Shown here piece after piece: positions 25,764 through 36,024 of a stretch of 39,387 nt of DNA. Source of the stretch: a candidate division WOR-3 bacterium (GTDB lineage Bacteria; Hydrothermota; Tepidihabitantia; Tepidihabitantales; Tepidihabitantaceae); NCBI GenBank assembly GCA_965648935.1, contig CBFGIY010000015.1, forward strand, positions 1-39,387, given 5' to 3'. Position numbers and translations under genes: made by a program. The notes under the pieces were generated by a model that had not been told where the DNA came from, made no database searches, and saw nothing but the letters and a program-made list of their open reading frames with translations. The stretch's first letter is position 1. Each line of letters starts with the position of its first letter.

Positions 25764-28700
25764 CTAGTGCTCTATCACCAGCTTGGCGGTTGAAGTCAGG
25801 CGTTCGCTCTCGAACCGGACAAGGTAGACTCCCGCGGCGAGCCCGCGCAGGTCGAGGTCGAGCCTGCCGGTGCGGTCGGCGAGGAAGCTGCGGCTCTCAA
25901 CAACCCGGCCCGCTGCGTCGAACACGCGCACGGTGGCCGGTCCGGCGCCGGGCAGGCTGTAGCGCAGCGTGGCGCGGCCCGAGGCCAGCGGGTTGGGCGA
26001 GAGCGCGACCGTGCCGAGTCGCTCGACCGGCGCGGACTGGACCCCCGCGCGCGGCGCGGCGGCGAAGACGCCCGGCACCTGGTAGTAGCGCCAGAACTCG
26101 AGGGTCTTGTTGCCCTTGGCCGTGAAGAAGCCGCCGTTGCCGAACGAGACCACGTCGGCGCCGGCCTTGATGCGCTTCTTCTTGGCCGTGGAGCCGACCG
26201 CCGGGATGGTGTCAAGCTCCTGCCAGGCGTTGCCCGCGATGTCGTAGCGGTACCAGTCCTGCGTGTTGCCGCCCTTCAGCGCCCAGATGCCGCCGTCGAA
26301 GTAGGCGGCCGAGCCGCCGTCCTTGCTCTTCTTGCTCTTGTTCGTCTGGCGGTTGGGCAGGGGCACGCCGGGCAGGCCCTGCGCGCTCCAGGTCTGGCTG
26401 ACAAGGTCGTAGTAGTAGAACTCGTGATACTTCGCCTTGTGCGCGTAGAGCCGGCTGGCCTCGTCGTGGACCAGCCAGGAGCCCTTGTCCCACTTGGGCT
26501 TGGACCCGGCCGGCGCGTCGGCCAGCGTCTGCCAGACCCCGGTCGCGACATTGAACCGGTAGAACTCGGTCTTGTAGCCTTTGAGCAGGTAGACGTAACC
26601 CGAGTCGCCGGACTGGACGTAGACCAGGTCGGTGCCGCCCTTGACCTTCTTGTTGGAGGCGCCAAGCGGCACGTCGGCAAGCTGCTGGAACGAGTCGCGC
26701 TGGGTGTCGTAGCGCCAGAATCCGACGGTGTTGTTGCCCTTAGTGAAGTAGACGTAGCGGTTGCCGTCGGCGGTGCCCGCCGCGCCCTTCTTGGGCAGCT
26801 TGTTTTCGGTTCCAGTCGGCACCTGCGAGTGTGTTGACCAGGAGTTGGCAATCGGGTCGTAGCTGTAGAAGTCGCCGGTCTTGTTGCCCTTGGCGATGTA
26901 GATCCTGCGGCTGCCCGTCATCATCGCGGCCCAGCCGCCGTCCTTGACCGCTTTGCCCGAAGGCGTGAGCGGCACGCCGGCCACCTCGTGCCAGCCGGCC
27001 GGCCACTGCGGTCCGCGCGCCACGAAGAACCGGGCTTCAAGCACGTCATTGGCCGGGTTGGGGTCGCCCGCGGCATAGGTCGAGCAGCGGGCGGTCCAGC
27101 GGCCGGTGTCCTGGCCCACGTTGTGGACCGGGAAGCTGATGACCGTGTCGCGTCCGGCGCCGAGCGCGTCGATGGTCACCGAACGGCTGTAGACCCGCGC
27201 GCCCGCGGGGTTCTGCAGGATGAACCACGCCCGGAATCCCGCCGGTACCGCCGCGTTGTTGCGCCAGCGGCCCTGGGGCACGATGTCGGTCATCGTGTCG
27301 ACCATACCGGTCGGGGCGACAATCGCGCTCATCGCGATATCGGCAATCTGGCGCGTCACCGTGAAGCTGCCGGTCCGCAGGTCGTTGGTCGTGTTCTGGT
27401 CGCCGGCAAGGAAGGTCGAGCAGCGCGCCGAGTAGGGGCCGGCCATCGGGAAGCTTGCCGCGGCAAAGCTGACCGTGTCGACCGCACCAGCGGCCAGGCC
27501 CGTGACCAGCGCCGAGTCGAGGTACTGGGTCGAGCCGTTGGCGGTGTTGACGCAGCGGAAGTAGGTCCAGAAGGTCTGCGCCTCGTCTCCGTTGTTGACC
27601 ACTACGCCCTGCGGCGTCACCACCTCGGCGGTGTCGAACGAGCCGGTCGGCGCGAGTATCGCGCTGACTCCGACGTCGCGGGCGATAGTGCCAACGACCC
27701 AGAAGGTGTCGAACTTGATGTTGTTGGCCGGGTTGAGGTCGCTCATCAGCAGTTCGGCCCGGTCCAGCCACATCCCGGGGCTGGACAGCAGCGAGTCGCT
27801 GAAATTGACCCCGGTGAAGCCGCCCGGCGCGAGCCCGAACACGGTCTCCTGGTCAAACCAGGAGCCGATCGTGAAGCGTACCGGTATCATCGGCTCGGTC
27901 GTGTTGCCGTAGTTGCGGATAACGCAGATCGGGTGGAGCCAGGTCGAGTCGGGCACGGTGTCGACCGGCGCATCGATGCGCACGATGCCGATGTCGCGCA
28001 CCGCGACAAACACCGAGTCGCGCTTGTAGTCGTTCCAGACGGTCGAGTCGAGCGCGAACTCCGTCGAGCAGGTCACGGCGTGCCAGCCGCGCGCGGTGAG
28101 CGTTATCTCCGGGAAAGTCACATGCCACCGCTCGCCGCTGGGCTGTGCCGTCACGGGCACGACCTGGTTGTAGCTCGAGCCGACCTTGAGCCGGACATTG
28201 TAGGTCGCGGTCTGGGTACCGAAGTTCTCGACCGTGCAGGCCGGGGTCACCACCGTGCCGGAATCAATCTGGCCCACCGGCGCGAGGAGCTGGTACACGC
28301 CGACGTCATAGGGCACGCGCACGATGACCGTGTCGGTGAGCTTGTCGTTGGCGTGGTTGACGTCGGTTCCCAGCCGTGTCGAGCAGGCGACGATGTGGAC
28401 GCCGCCCTGGTTCATCCCGACGATCCAGTCCTGCGGGAACGTGACGTTGCGGGCCGTGCCCGGCGCGTGGTTGAGCACCATCCCGAGCTGATCGTAGAAC
28501 GAGCCTATCTGCATCCGCACCGAGTAGGACACGACGTCGGTGCCGTAGTTGAAGGTCGAGCAGGACGGCGCGATGGTGTCGCCCGGGTTGGCATAGCGGC
28601 CGGGCGCATTGATGCGCGTGACACCGACATCGATGCCGACAACCTCGAACGGCTCGGTCCAGGTATCGTTGGCCGGGAACGCGTCGCCGGCCATCCCGAG

Positions 28701-29885
28701 CGAGCAGCGCGCGACATACGAACCCGCGGGCGAGGCGACCCAGACCGCGAAGTTGATAGTGTCCTCGCGGCCGGGCCCGAGAGTCTTGTTACGGGTATAT
28801 GTCTGGGTGCCGAATCGCATCGTTGCCGGGAATGTGCGCGCCTGCAGGGTGTCGTAGTTGCGCGCGGTCACCCGCACGCGCACCGTATCGCCGACGTTGT
28901 AGGTTGCGCGCGGCGCCAAGAACCCGGTGATGCCGACATCCGAGGCCAGGTTCTGGTACCAGCCGTCCATCTTGTAGACCTGGTTGTTCAGGTTCTGCAT
29001 CACCCCGATCCAGTAATCGCCCGTGCGCGGGTCCCAGGCCACGCCGCGGACGTTGTTGATGTAGCCGCCGAGGCTGGGCAGTTTGACGCTGTTGATGACC
29101 GAGAAGTTGTTCCGGTTGAGCTCGTAGAGATAGACCGAATCCAGGATGCCCGACGATGAGAAGTACGTGTATATCATCAGCAGGCTGGGCATGTTGGGGT
29201 TGGTTGTCGAGTAGTCGAAGTCCATACACCGCGCCCCGGCATAGGAGTAGCCGAGGTGCCGGAGCGTGTCGGTTTGCAGCACCGTGCCCATCGTGTCCAT
29301 AACATAGATGGTGGCGAACGAGTCGCCCTCCCAGCCGCGGTCCACGATGTAGAGCTTCTTGTTGCGCTCGTCAAACGCCAGCCCGGTCGGGTAGCGCACG
29401 GCCGGCGACTGGAACTGGCGCGTGACGCCACCGCCCGCCGCGTCGACCTTGTAGACCCGTTTGAACTTCGAGGAATGCACCCACAGCGAGTTGTCGTAAC
29501 GGCAGTAGGCGATGTCCTGGAACGAGTCGTTCACCGGGCCGGGAATCGTCGTGATGGCGATCGTGTCCTTCATCATCGGGTTGGTCGAGTCCGACGACCG
29601 ATAGCGATGGAATACGCTCTGCCAGAAGTAGACGCCGTGAAGCTTGTCGGTCAGGCCGTTGTAGGCGAGGCCGTAAAGGCCCCAGTTCAGCCCGACGAGA
29701 TCGCTCAAGTATGACGGACCCCACAGCACGGTTGGCGGCGGGTCCTGCTCCGGCACCTTCACCGGCGCGGCCCATTCGCCCCCGCCGATCCACTGCATCG
29801 GCTCGGCCGATTCGCCCGCCCGGGCGACGGCCGGCAACGCGACCAGTGCCAGCAGCAGGGTCAGCATTGTGATGTATCTCTGCAC
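25764..29885 (-). CDS. Large secreted protein: N-terminal beta-propeller, six CARDB-like Ig repeats, Lys-rich Kelch-like propeller, T9SS-like CTD
   Basis: GTG after CAGGAGG; signal peptide; DVGV...AP...N.G...CST...D.N.AND repeats; KGNKT/KGNNT repeats; SPNP...FDAAGR...AGVYLVR...KLVIEH. Confidence 0.88.
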   Translation of the reverse strand: MQRYITMLTLLLALVALPAVARAGESAEPMQWIGGGEWAAPVKVPEQDPPPTVLWGPSYLSDLVGLNWGLYGLAYNGLTDKLHGVYFWQSVFHRYRSSDSTNPMMKDTIAITTIPGPVNDSFQDIAYCRYDNSLWVHSSKFKRVYKVDAAGGGVTRQFQSPAVRYPTGLAFDERNKKLYIVDRGWEGDSFATIYVMDTMGTVLQTDTLRHLGYSYAGARCMDFDYSTTNPNMPSLLMIYTYFSSSGILDSVYLYELNRNNFSVINSVKLPSLGGYINNVRGVAWDPRTGDYWIGVMQNLNNQVYKMDGWYQNLASDVGITGFLAPRATYNVGDTVRVRVTARNYDTLQARTFPATMRFGTQTYTRNKTLGPGREDTINFAVWVASPAGSYVARCSLGMAGDAFPANDTWTEPFEVVGIDVGVTRINAPGRYANPGDTIAPSCSTFNYGTDVVSYSVRMQIGSFYDQLGMVLNHAPGTARNVTFPQDWIVGMNQGGVHIVACSTRLGTDVNHANDKLTDTVIVRVPYDVGVYQLLAPVGQIDSGTVVTPACTVENFGTQTATYNVRLKVGSSYNQVVPVTAQPSGERWHVTFPEITLTARGWHAVTCSTEFALDSTVWNDYKRDSVFVAVRDIGIVRIDAPVDTVPDSTWLHPICVIRNYGNTTEPMIPVRFTIGSWFDQETVFGLAPGGFTGVNFSDSLLSSPGMWLDRAELLMSDLNPANNIKFDTFWVVGTIARDVGVSAILAPTGSFDTAEVVTPQGVVVNNGDEAQTFWTYFRCVNTANGSTQYLDSALVTGLAAGAVDTVSFAAASFPMAGPYSARCSTFLAGDQNTTNDLRTGSFTVTRQIADIAMSAIVAPTGMVDTMTDIVPQGRWRNNAAVPAGFRAWFILQNPAGARVYSRSVTIDALGAGRDTVISFPVHNVGQDTGRWTARCSTYAAGDPNPANDVLEARFFVARGPQWPAGWHEVAGVPLTPSGKAVKDGGWAAMMTGSRRIYIAKGNKTGDFYSYDPIANSWSTHSQVPTGTENKLPKKGAAGTADGNRYVYFTKGNNTVGFWRYDTQRDSFQQLADVPLGASNKKVKGGTDLVYVQSGDSGYVYLLKGYKTEFYRFNVATGVWQTLADAPAGSKPKWDKGSWLVHDEASRLYAHKAKYHEFYYYDLVSQTWSAQGLPGVPLPNRQTNKSKKSKDGGSAAYFDGGIWALKGGNTQDWYRYDIAGNAWQELDTIPAVGSTAKKKRIKAGADVVSFGNGGFFTAKGNKTLEFWRYYQVPGVFAAAPRAGVQSAPVERLGTVALSPNPLASGRATLRYSLPGAGPATVRVFDAAGRVVESRSFLADRTGRLDLDLRGLAAGVYLVRFESERLTSTAKLVIEH

Positions 29886-30020
29886 CGAAAACCTCCTGTT
29901 TCGTCTTTAGGACGCTTAGGGTGGGATTGTATCGGGAATGCAGTCGCGGACAGGACCAACCCACCCGGCTTGGTCAGTTCCCCTTAAGTCTGACGACGGT
30001 AGCCCACGTCGCCAATGTGA

Positions 30021-30048
30021 ATCCTAACCGACAAGGTTCGCCTGTCAA
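30021..30048 (-). promoter_or_regulatory. Promoter TTGACA-16-TAGGAT
   Basis: Perfect -35 box; ~130-nt leader follows. Confidence 0.7.
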
Positions 30049-30097
30049 GCAGAATCGGCAGGCGACTTGAAGCCCGCTCTCAGCCGTTAGCGGCTGA

Positions 30098-32227
30098 TCA
30101 CTCCGCGACCACGACCCGGCAACGCGCCCCGGTCCCGCTCACGCCGGCAACATAGACGCCGGGCGGAAGAGAGGGAAGCGAGAGCATTCCCGTGGTCGAA
30201 CGGTCGAGCGGTCGAACAAGAACAAGACGACCGGCCGCGTCGTGTACGGTTAACAGCAACGGGGCGGCAGCCGGCAAATCGGACCAGCGGAGCGCGGCAA
30301 CGCCGCGCGCCGGGTTCTGGACGGCCTGCAGTCCGCCGCCCGGGACTCGGGTTCCCGCACCCGGTTCTTCGATTCCGACGACGAGCTTCTGATAGATCTC
30401 CAGGCCGACCGTACCCTTGGCCGCATAGACATAGGGCCGTGCCGCGACAACGTCCGAGCAGAACGGCGGGGTGAGGTAGTAACCGGCCGGCCGCGGACTG
30501 GCTGGATTGTTGATGTTGACCGCGATCACCCCTCGGTCGCCATCAGCGACCCAGGCGAGCGAGTCGGCCACGGCCACGCCCCGGGCCGAACCGTTCGTGT
30601 CGTAGGCGCCGACCTCGACCGGCTGGGCCGGGTTGGCGACATTTATCACGCGCAAGCCGGTGTTGTCGGCCGCGACATAGGCGTGGTTCCCGCTGGCCGC
30701 CACCGCGTAGGCCGTGCCCGGCGTGCTGATGTACCCGGACTCCACCGGGTTCTGCGGTGTGGATACGTCAACCACGCGCAGCCCGGCAAAGGCGTCGGCG
30801 AGATAGACGTAGTTGCCTGAGAGCGCAGCCCCGGTGGCGTAGCCCGGGCTGTCAAACGAGCCGACTTCCTGCGGACTGGCCGGGGTCGCGCAGTCGATGA
30901 CGCGCAGTCCGTACGCCTCGTCGCAGACATAGGCCCAGCGCCCGGATACGACGACATGGTAGGCGACGCCCGGCGTGTTGGCCGTGCCCACGAGGGTCAT
31001 CGCGGCCGGGTTGGCCACGTCAACGATGTGCATTCCGGCGGTATCGGCCGCGACATAGGCATAGGTTCCGGAAAGAGTCACGTTGCGGGCGAAGCCGGGC
31101 AGAGCGAGGCGGCCGACTTCGCGCGGCTCAGCCGGATTCGATATGTCAATGGCCCACAGCCCGGACCGGCCGCTGGCGCAGTAGGCATACGACCCCTGAA
31201 CGCCGACGCCGTTGGTCACGCCCGGCACTGAGAACCGGCCGAGCTCGGTCGGGTTGAACGGGTCGATCGTTTCGATGACTCGCATCCCGCCGCTGCCCGC
31301 GGCGACATACACCTTGGTGCCGGCTGCGGCCGACTTGTAGGCCGGGCCGGCCGTGATGAAGAATCCCAGTTCCATCGGATTGGCCGGGTCCTGAATGTAG
31401 ACGATGCGCAGGCCCGAGCCCAGGTCCGTGACATAGGCATAGGCCCCGGCGAGATTGACGCCGCTGGCCGTACCCGGCGTGTCCACGAATCCGACCTCGG
31501 CCGGGCTCTGCGGGTTGGCGACGTTCACGATGCGCAGCCCGGCATCGCCGTCCGCCACGTATGCATAGGAGCCGGATACGGCGACGCCGTACGCAAACCC
31601 CGGGGTATTGTAGACGCCGACCCTGGTCGGGCTGGCCGGGTTGGACACGTCGATTATCTGCAGGCCGCTCGCGCCGTCCGCCACGTATGCGTACTGGCCC
31701 GATACGGCCACGCCGAACGCGTAGTCCGGAGTGTTGTAGCGGCCGACAATGCGGGGGTTGGCCGGGCTGGACACGTCGACCACCGCGAGGCCCGCGCCCT
31801 CCTCGGCGACGTAGGCGTAGTTGCCGCTCACCGCCACGCCCAGTGCCAGTCCTTCGGCATCGTAGGCGCCGAGCAGCGCCGGGCTGGCCGGAGTCGCCAC
31901 GTCCCATATCTCAAGGCCGGCTTCGCTGTTGGCGATGTACAACCGCCGTGTCGTGTTGTCATAGTGCAGACCCTGGACCACGGCCCGCGTGTGGATCTTC
32001 TCCGATACCTTGACCGGCGCCGAGGCGTTCTGGATGTTCAGCGTGTACACCCCGCCGCCCGAACCCAGGTACACGAGGTTGCGGGGAATATCAAGCGCCA
32101 CGGCCTGGGCCGGGCTGAACGGCCAGTTGCCGACGAACCGCACAGCGGACGATTCCGGCGCGAACGGCTCGGCAGCAAGGACACCAACAACAAGAATCAA
32201 TGAAGCTGACACGGCAAAGCGCACCAT
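30098..32227 (-). CDS. Secreted LVIVD-repeat beta-propeller protein with T9SS-like CTD
   Basis: ATG after AAGGAGG; ~42-aa repeats TPG.A.GVAVSG.YAYVADG..GLRIIDVSNPA.P; QNP...HDAAGR...PGVY. Confidence 0.88.
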   Translation of the reverse strand: MVRFAVSASLILVVGVLAAEPFAPESSAVRFVGNWPFSPAQAVALDIPRNLVYLGSGGGVYTLNIQNASAPVKVSEKIHTRAVVQGLHYDNTTRRLYIANSEAGLEIWDVATPASPALLGAYDAEGLALGVAVSGNYAYVAEEGAGLAVVDVSSPANPRIVGRYNTPDYAFGVAVSGQYAYVADGASGLQIIDVSNPASPTRVGVYNTPGFAYGVAVSGSYAYVADGDAGLRIVNVANPQSPAEVGFVDTPGTASGVNLAGAYAYVTDLGSGLRIVYIQDPANPMELGFFITAGPAYKSAAAGTKVYVAAGSGGMRVIETIDPFNPTELGRFSVPGVTNGVGVQGSYAYCASGRSGLWAIDISNPAEPREVGRLALPGFARNVTLSGTYAYVAADTAGMHIVDVANPAAMTLVGTANTPGVAYHVVVSGRWAYVCDEAYGLRVIDCATPASPQEVGSFDSPGYATGAALSGNYVYLADAFAGLRVVDVSTPQNPVESGYISTPGTAYAVAASGNHAYVAADNTGLRVINVANPAQPVEVGAYDTNGSARGVAVADSLAWVADGDRGVIAVNINNPASPRPAGYYLTPPFCSDVVAARPYVYAAKGTVGLEIYQKLVVGIEEPGAGTRVPGGGLQAVQNPARGVAALRWSDLPAAAPLLLTVHDAAGRLVLVRPLDRSTTGMLSLPSLPPGVYVAGVSGTGARCRVVVAE

Positions 32228-32314
32228 TTCCTCCTTGTGCGTTAGGCTGACTGAAACCACAGACCGAAAATTATACCCTGAAACAGGCGCGAGATAAAGC
32301 CCGGCCGATGGGTC

Positions 32315-33784
32315 CTAGCGAACCCGGCGCGAGCCGCTCCTGAACCAGCCGGCGAGCACGGCAAGCAGGAGCGGGTCGGCCAGCGAGCGGAATCGCATGT
32401 TCTCGCCCACCTCCAGCAGCGTGCCGGCAAGCCAGACGTAGGCCAAGGCGAGCCCGACGGCGGCGAACCCCGCGGCCCGGGCCGGCTCGCGTCGCCTCAG
32501 ACGGATTGCCTGCACGAAGCTCGCCGCGGCCGCGGCGAAGAACAACAGAGGCAGGACAAGGCCCATGTTCAGCGCCTTCTGCCGGTAGAAGGCGGCGCGG
32601 TTCGTGCGCTGAAGCTCGGGCTCGATGTAGTACATCACCCGACCCTGCAGCAGCTCGGCCCCGAGCACCGCGGCGCGCGCCCGCAGTCGGTTCTCGCCCA
32701 GCCCGCCGAAAGCGGTCGCGGGCATGAAGAAGATGAGATTCGCGTCAAGCACGCTGCGCCGATAGGCCTCTGGCCGGTGCCGCATCAGCCAGAGCGCGTC
32801 GCGCCGGTACAGCCGGGATATTGCCGGCCAGTCGCGGTGGTTGAAGTTGGGCGCGCCGCCCGGCCGCCGCGGCTGGTCGAGCGCGGCGATGCCGGTCAGC
32901 GGCGCGCTGGCCGGGCTGCGAACCGACGCCGGGTAGGCCTCAAGCGGGCTGAACGGGTCGACCGGGGCGACCGGCGACAGCGTGCCCGCTCTTGCCAGGG
33001 ACTCGCGCTCGGGCCGCGGCACGAAGGTGTGGGTCATCCGGGCAAGGTTCATCCCGAACCAGCTCGATGCCGAGAAGGTGCCGGACTGCGCCAGGTTCTT
33101 CGCGTACCAGCCGAGCACGACCAGCAGCGCGATGCCCGCCGCCGTTACCGCCCGGCGCCGCGCCGGCCCGGTCAGGCCCGCGGCAACGAGCCCGAACAAG
33201 ACGATGAACCCGGCGTGAAAGAAGCTCATCGTCAGGCACAGCCCGGCCAAGGCTGTCCCGAAAACAGCGGCCCAACGCCGCCGACCCGTGGCCGCGATGC
33301 GCTCCAGCGCGAAGACGGACAGCAGCAGCAGCGTGATGACGGGCAGCGTGTAGTGCAGCCAGTTCTCGTAGAGCACGAGTGTCGGGCTCGCCGCGTAGAG
33401 CGCGGCCGCGGCCAGCGCCGGCACGCGGCCCGCGCCCAGGCGCCGCGCGAGCAGGTAGAGCATCGTCACGGCCGCAGCGCCCAGCGCTATGCCGGTGATG
33501 GCGTACCCGGTTTCGGCGGGCCGGGCCAGCCTTGGCACGATACCCAGAAACAGGTTGTACAAAGGCGGCTGGCTGTGCAGGTGCCACAGGCTGCGCCAGA
33601 GGTCCTGCGCCAGCCACTGCGGCGCGAGGTACTGCCAGTAGGTGTCCAGCGGCGTTGCGTCGAACCTCACGCCGGCGAGCCGATAGAGCATCCGCGCCAG
33701 CGCGTAGAGCGCGGCAAGGCCGGCAAGCGCGGCCCACTCGCCACCGGTCCGCGGGGTCTGCGCGGTGCCTCTGGCTCTCTTCAC
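32315..33784 (-). CDS. Multi-TM GT-C (ArnT/PMT-like) glycosyltransferase
   Basis: GTG 10 nt after the upstream stop; LHSQPPLYNLFLG loop motif, many hydrophobic helices, GENMRFR near the C-terminus. Confidence 0.65.
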   Translation of the reverse strand: MKRARGTAQTPRTGGEWAALAGLAALYALARMLYRLAGVRFDATPLDTYWQYLAPQWLAQDLWRSLWHLHSQPPLYNLFLGIVPRLARPAETGYAITGIALGAAAVTMLYLLARRLGAGRVPALAAAALYAASPTLVLYENWLHYTLPVITLLLLSVFALERIAATGRRRWAAVFGTALAGLCLTMSFFHAGFIVLFGLVAAGLTGPARRRAVTAAGIALLVVLGWYAKNLAQSGTFSASSWFGMNLARMTHTFVPRPERESLARAGTLSPVAPVDPFSPLEAYPASVRSPASAPLTGIAALDQPRRPGGAPNFNHRDWPAISRLYRRDALWLMRHRPEAYRRSVLDANLIFFMPATAFGGLGENRLRARAAVLGAELLQGRVMYYIEPELQRTNRAAFYRQKALNMGLVLPLLFFAAAAASFVQAIRLRRREPARAAGFAAVGLALAYVWLAGTLLEVGENMRFRSLADPLLLAVLAGWFRSGSRRVR

Positions 33785-33794
33785 GACACCGCAC

Positions 33795-36005
33795 TCACCG
33801 GGCCGGCCTGATGTCAAACACCCGGCCGCCGCGAACGACCGCCACCTGCCGGAAGTCGACGCCGCCGGCTTCGAAGTACCCGGAGCGCTCAAGGTAACAG
33901 AACACGCCCAGGTCGCGCGGGTCGCCATCCACCCACAGGGCCAGGGCCGGCAGGCAGTCTTCGAGACGCATCCGCCCGGACTGCGCCGCGACGCCATAAT
34001 CGTGATACGACAGCACCCGCGTCTGGAATCCGGCCGGCACAGCATCGCGCAAGGGCCAGAACAGGCAGCGATACCCGGCCTGGCGCGCCCGGGCTTCCGC
34101 CTCAAGCGCGGCCAGGGTCGCGGCCAGTCCCGACCCGTTGTATTCGAGCGCGACCGGGCGAATCGGCCCGCCCTTGGCTGCGACAAAGCTCTGCCGGCCC
34201 GGGAAAGCGCGGGCGAGCGCCGGGTTCAGGGGGCCGAGGTCGCGGGCATACACGACCGGACCGTCCAGCTTCAGCGCGTTGGCGTTGAACGCGTCGCCCA
34301 GTTCCGCAGTGAACACCAGCGCATTCTGCAGGTTCTGCGCCTTGACCGCGCGCAGCAGACGGCCGTCCACGCCCCAGTAGCCGCGGTACCAGCTCACCAG
34401 CGGCGGCAGCCCGGCGACGAGCGCGAAAACAAGCGCCAGCGGCACGGCGCGAGCCGCGAAGTCATAAGCCCGCGGCTTCTTCGCGCCCGAGACAGGCAGG
34501 CTTACCGGGCCAAGCCCGCGCGCGACCAGCACCAGCACCGGGCCGAGCGCGTCGTAGAGAAACCGCGGCCCGAATGCGACCCCGTGCGACCAGTAGAAGA
34601 AGTAGGCCGCAGGCAGCGCGAGCAGGCTCGCGAGCAGCAGCCAGTCGCGCCGGTCGCGCGTCCCGCGCAGGAATGGCAAGAGCGTCAGCAGCAGCGCCGG
34701 CGCCGGCCATTCCAGAACAAACCGGTTGAGCATGTTGAGGTCGTGGCCGATGTTGAGAAGGCCGCGCAGCGGCGTGTGGGCCGCGCCCCAGCCGCTGCGG
34801 CCGAACCCCAGCTCGTGGCCCGGCCCGTACTTCGCAACGTAGCCGAACAGGAATGGGCTGCCGTTGGTCAGAGCGTTGTAGGCGAGCAGCAGCGCGCCCC
34901 CGCCAGCGCAACCCAGCAGCAGCAGTCCGGCCCGGCGCGCCCCGCCGGGCTCGCGCCCCCGCAGCGCCGCGTAAGCGACCAGCGGCGCGCCGAACGCGAG
35001 CGCGGTCAATGGCCGCACGCAGGCGGCCAGCCCGAGCAGGATGCCTGAAAGCAGCGCCGCGCCCGGTCGGGCCGTGCGCAGAGCGCGCAGCCCGAGGGCA
35101 AGGAAGCAGGTCAGGAGCACGAGCGAGCTCGCGTGGTTCATATACTCGCCCGACATTGCCCAAAGCCAGGGCGACGCGCACGCGAGCAGGGCCGCGCCCC
35201 GGCCGACCCGCTCGTCCGCAGCCTCCCGTCCCAGCCACCAGACCGTTACCGTGAACGCCGCGCCGAGCAGCGGGTTGACAAGCCAGGGCGCGCCCGCGAG
35301 CACGCCCGGCGCGAGGATCAGCGAATGCAGGAACGGGTAGACCGAGTACCACCGGCTGGCGAGGATGGTGTGGCCGTAGTCGAAGAACTCGGCAAAGGGG
35401 GGCGCATCGAGCCAGAGCCGGCCCGCGGCGAAGATGCGGGCCTGGAAGAGCTGGGCTATGGAGTCCTGCACGTGGGGAATGCGCTCGAAAACCAGCATCG
35501 AAGCGAGCGTCGCCGCAGCGAAGGCCAGACCGGCGCAGAGCAGCAGGAACCGCGTCCGGCCCAGTCTCATCAGCCTTTCGTAGGAGTTCCGCGCCGAACG
35601 GCCGACCGGCTCCAGCCATGGCCACGCCCCGAACACGATCAGCCCGGCACCGAGGCTTGAGAGCACGGTATAGAGCACGAGGTGGGTGCGGCTCGGCCGG
35701 GTCCACGAGTACTCCCACGGCACGAGGCTGAACCCGAGCAGCGCGGCGACGAAAGCGAGACGCAGACGCTGGCCCGGCGCAAGCCCGGCGCGGGCAAGGG
35801 CGCGGCCGGTGCGCGTTGTCAGGACGCACGCCGCCGCGACAGCGAGCAGACCTGCGACAACCGCCCACACCGGCAGGGCGAACGCGGACCTGCCGAGCGC
35901 GACATGCAGCCGACCGGCATCGGCGAACAGCGCGGCCGAGTCCCGGCGCAACAGGCCGGAGAGCGCGAGGCAGGCAAGGCCGGCCAGCGCCGCCGCCCTT
36001 CTCAA
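33795..36005 (-). CDS. Multi-TM GT-C (PMT_2/GT39/GT83-like) glycosyltransferase with periplasmic C-domain
   Basis: IPHVQDSIAQLFQA, WYSVYPFLH, WLVNPLL, SGEYMNH, YNALTNGSP, GPRFLY, YARDLG; TTG start inferred, because the ORF-track extension is antisense to the S8 gene. Confidence 0.75.
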   Translation of the reverse strand: MRRAAALAGLACLALSGLLRRDSAALFADAGRLHVALGRSAFALPVWAVVAGLLAVAAACVLTTRTGRALARAGLAPGQRLRLAFVAALLGFSLVPWEYSWTRPSRTHLVLYTVLSSLGAGLIVFGAWPWLEPVGRSARNSYERLMRLGRTRFLLLCAGLAFAAATLASMLVFERIPHVQDSIAQLFQARIFAAGRLWLDAPPFAEFFDYGHTILASRWYSVYPFLHSLILAPGVLAGAPWLVNPLLGAAFTVTVWWLGREAADERVGRGAALLACASPWLWAMSGEYMNHASSLVLLTCFLALGLRALRTARPGAALLSGILLGLAACVRPLTALAFGAPLVAYAALRGREPGGARRAGLLLLGCAGGGALLLAYNALTNGSPFLFGYVAKYGPGHELGFGRSGWGAAHTPLRGLLNIGHDLNMLNRFVLEWPAPALLLTLLPFLRGTRDRRDWLLLASLLALPAAYFFYWSHGVAFGPRFLYDALGPVLVLVARGLGPVSLPVSGAKKPRAYDFAARAVPLALVFALVAGLPPLVSWYRGYWGVDGRLLRAVKAQNLQNALVFTAELGDAFNANALKLDGPVVYARDLGPLNPALARAFPGRQSFVAAKGGPIRPVALEYNGSGLAATLAALEAEARARQAGYRCLFWPLRDAVPAGFQTRVLSYHDYGVAAQSGRMRLEDCLPALALWVDGDPRDLGVFCYLERSGYFEAGGVDFRQVAVVRGGRVFDIRPAR

Positions 36006-36024
36006 GTCGAAACCTGCACGCCAC

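Noticed and set aside
26988..29159. 723-aa plus-strand ORF
   Set aside because: Antisense shadow of the 1373-aa surface protein
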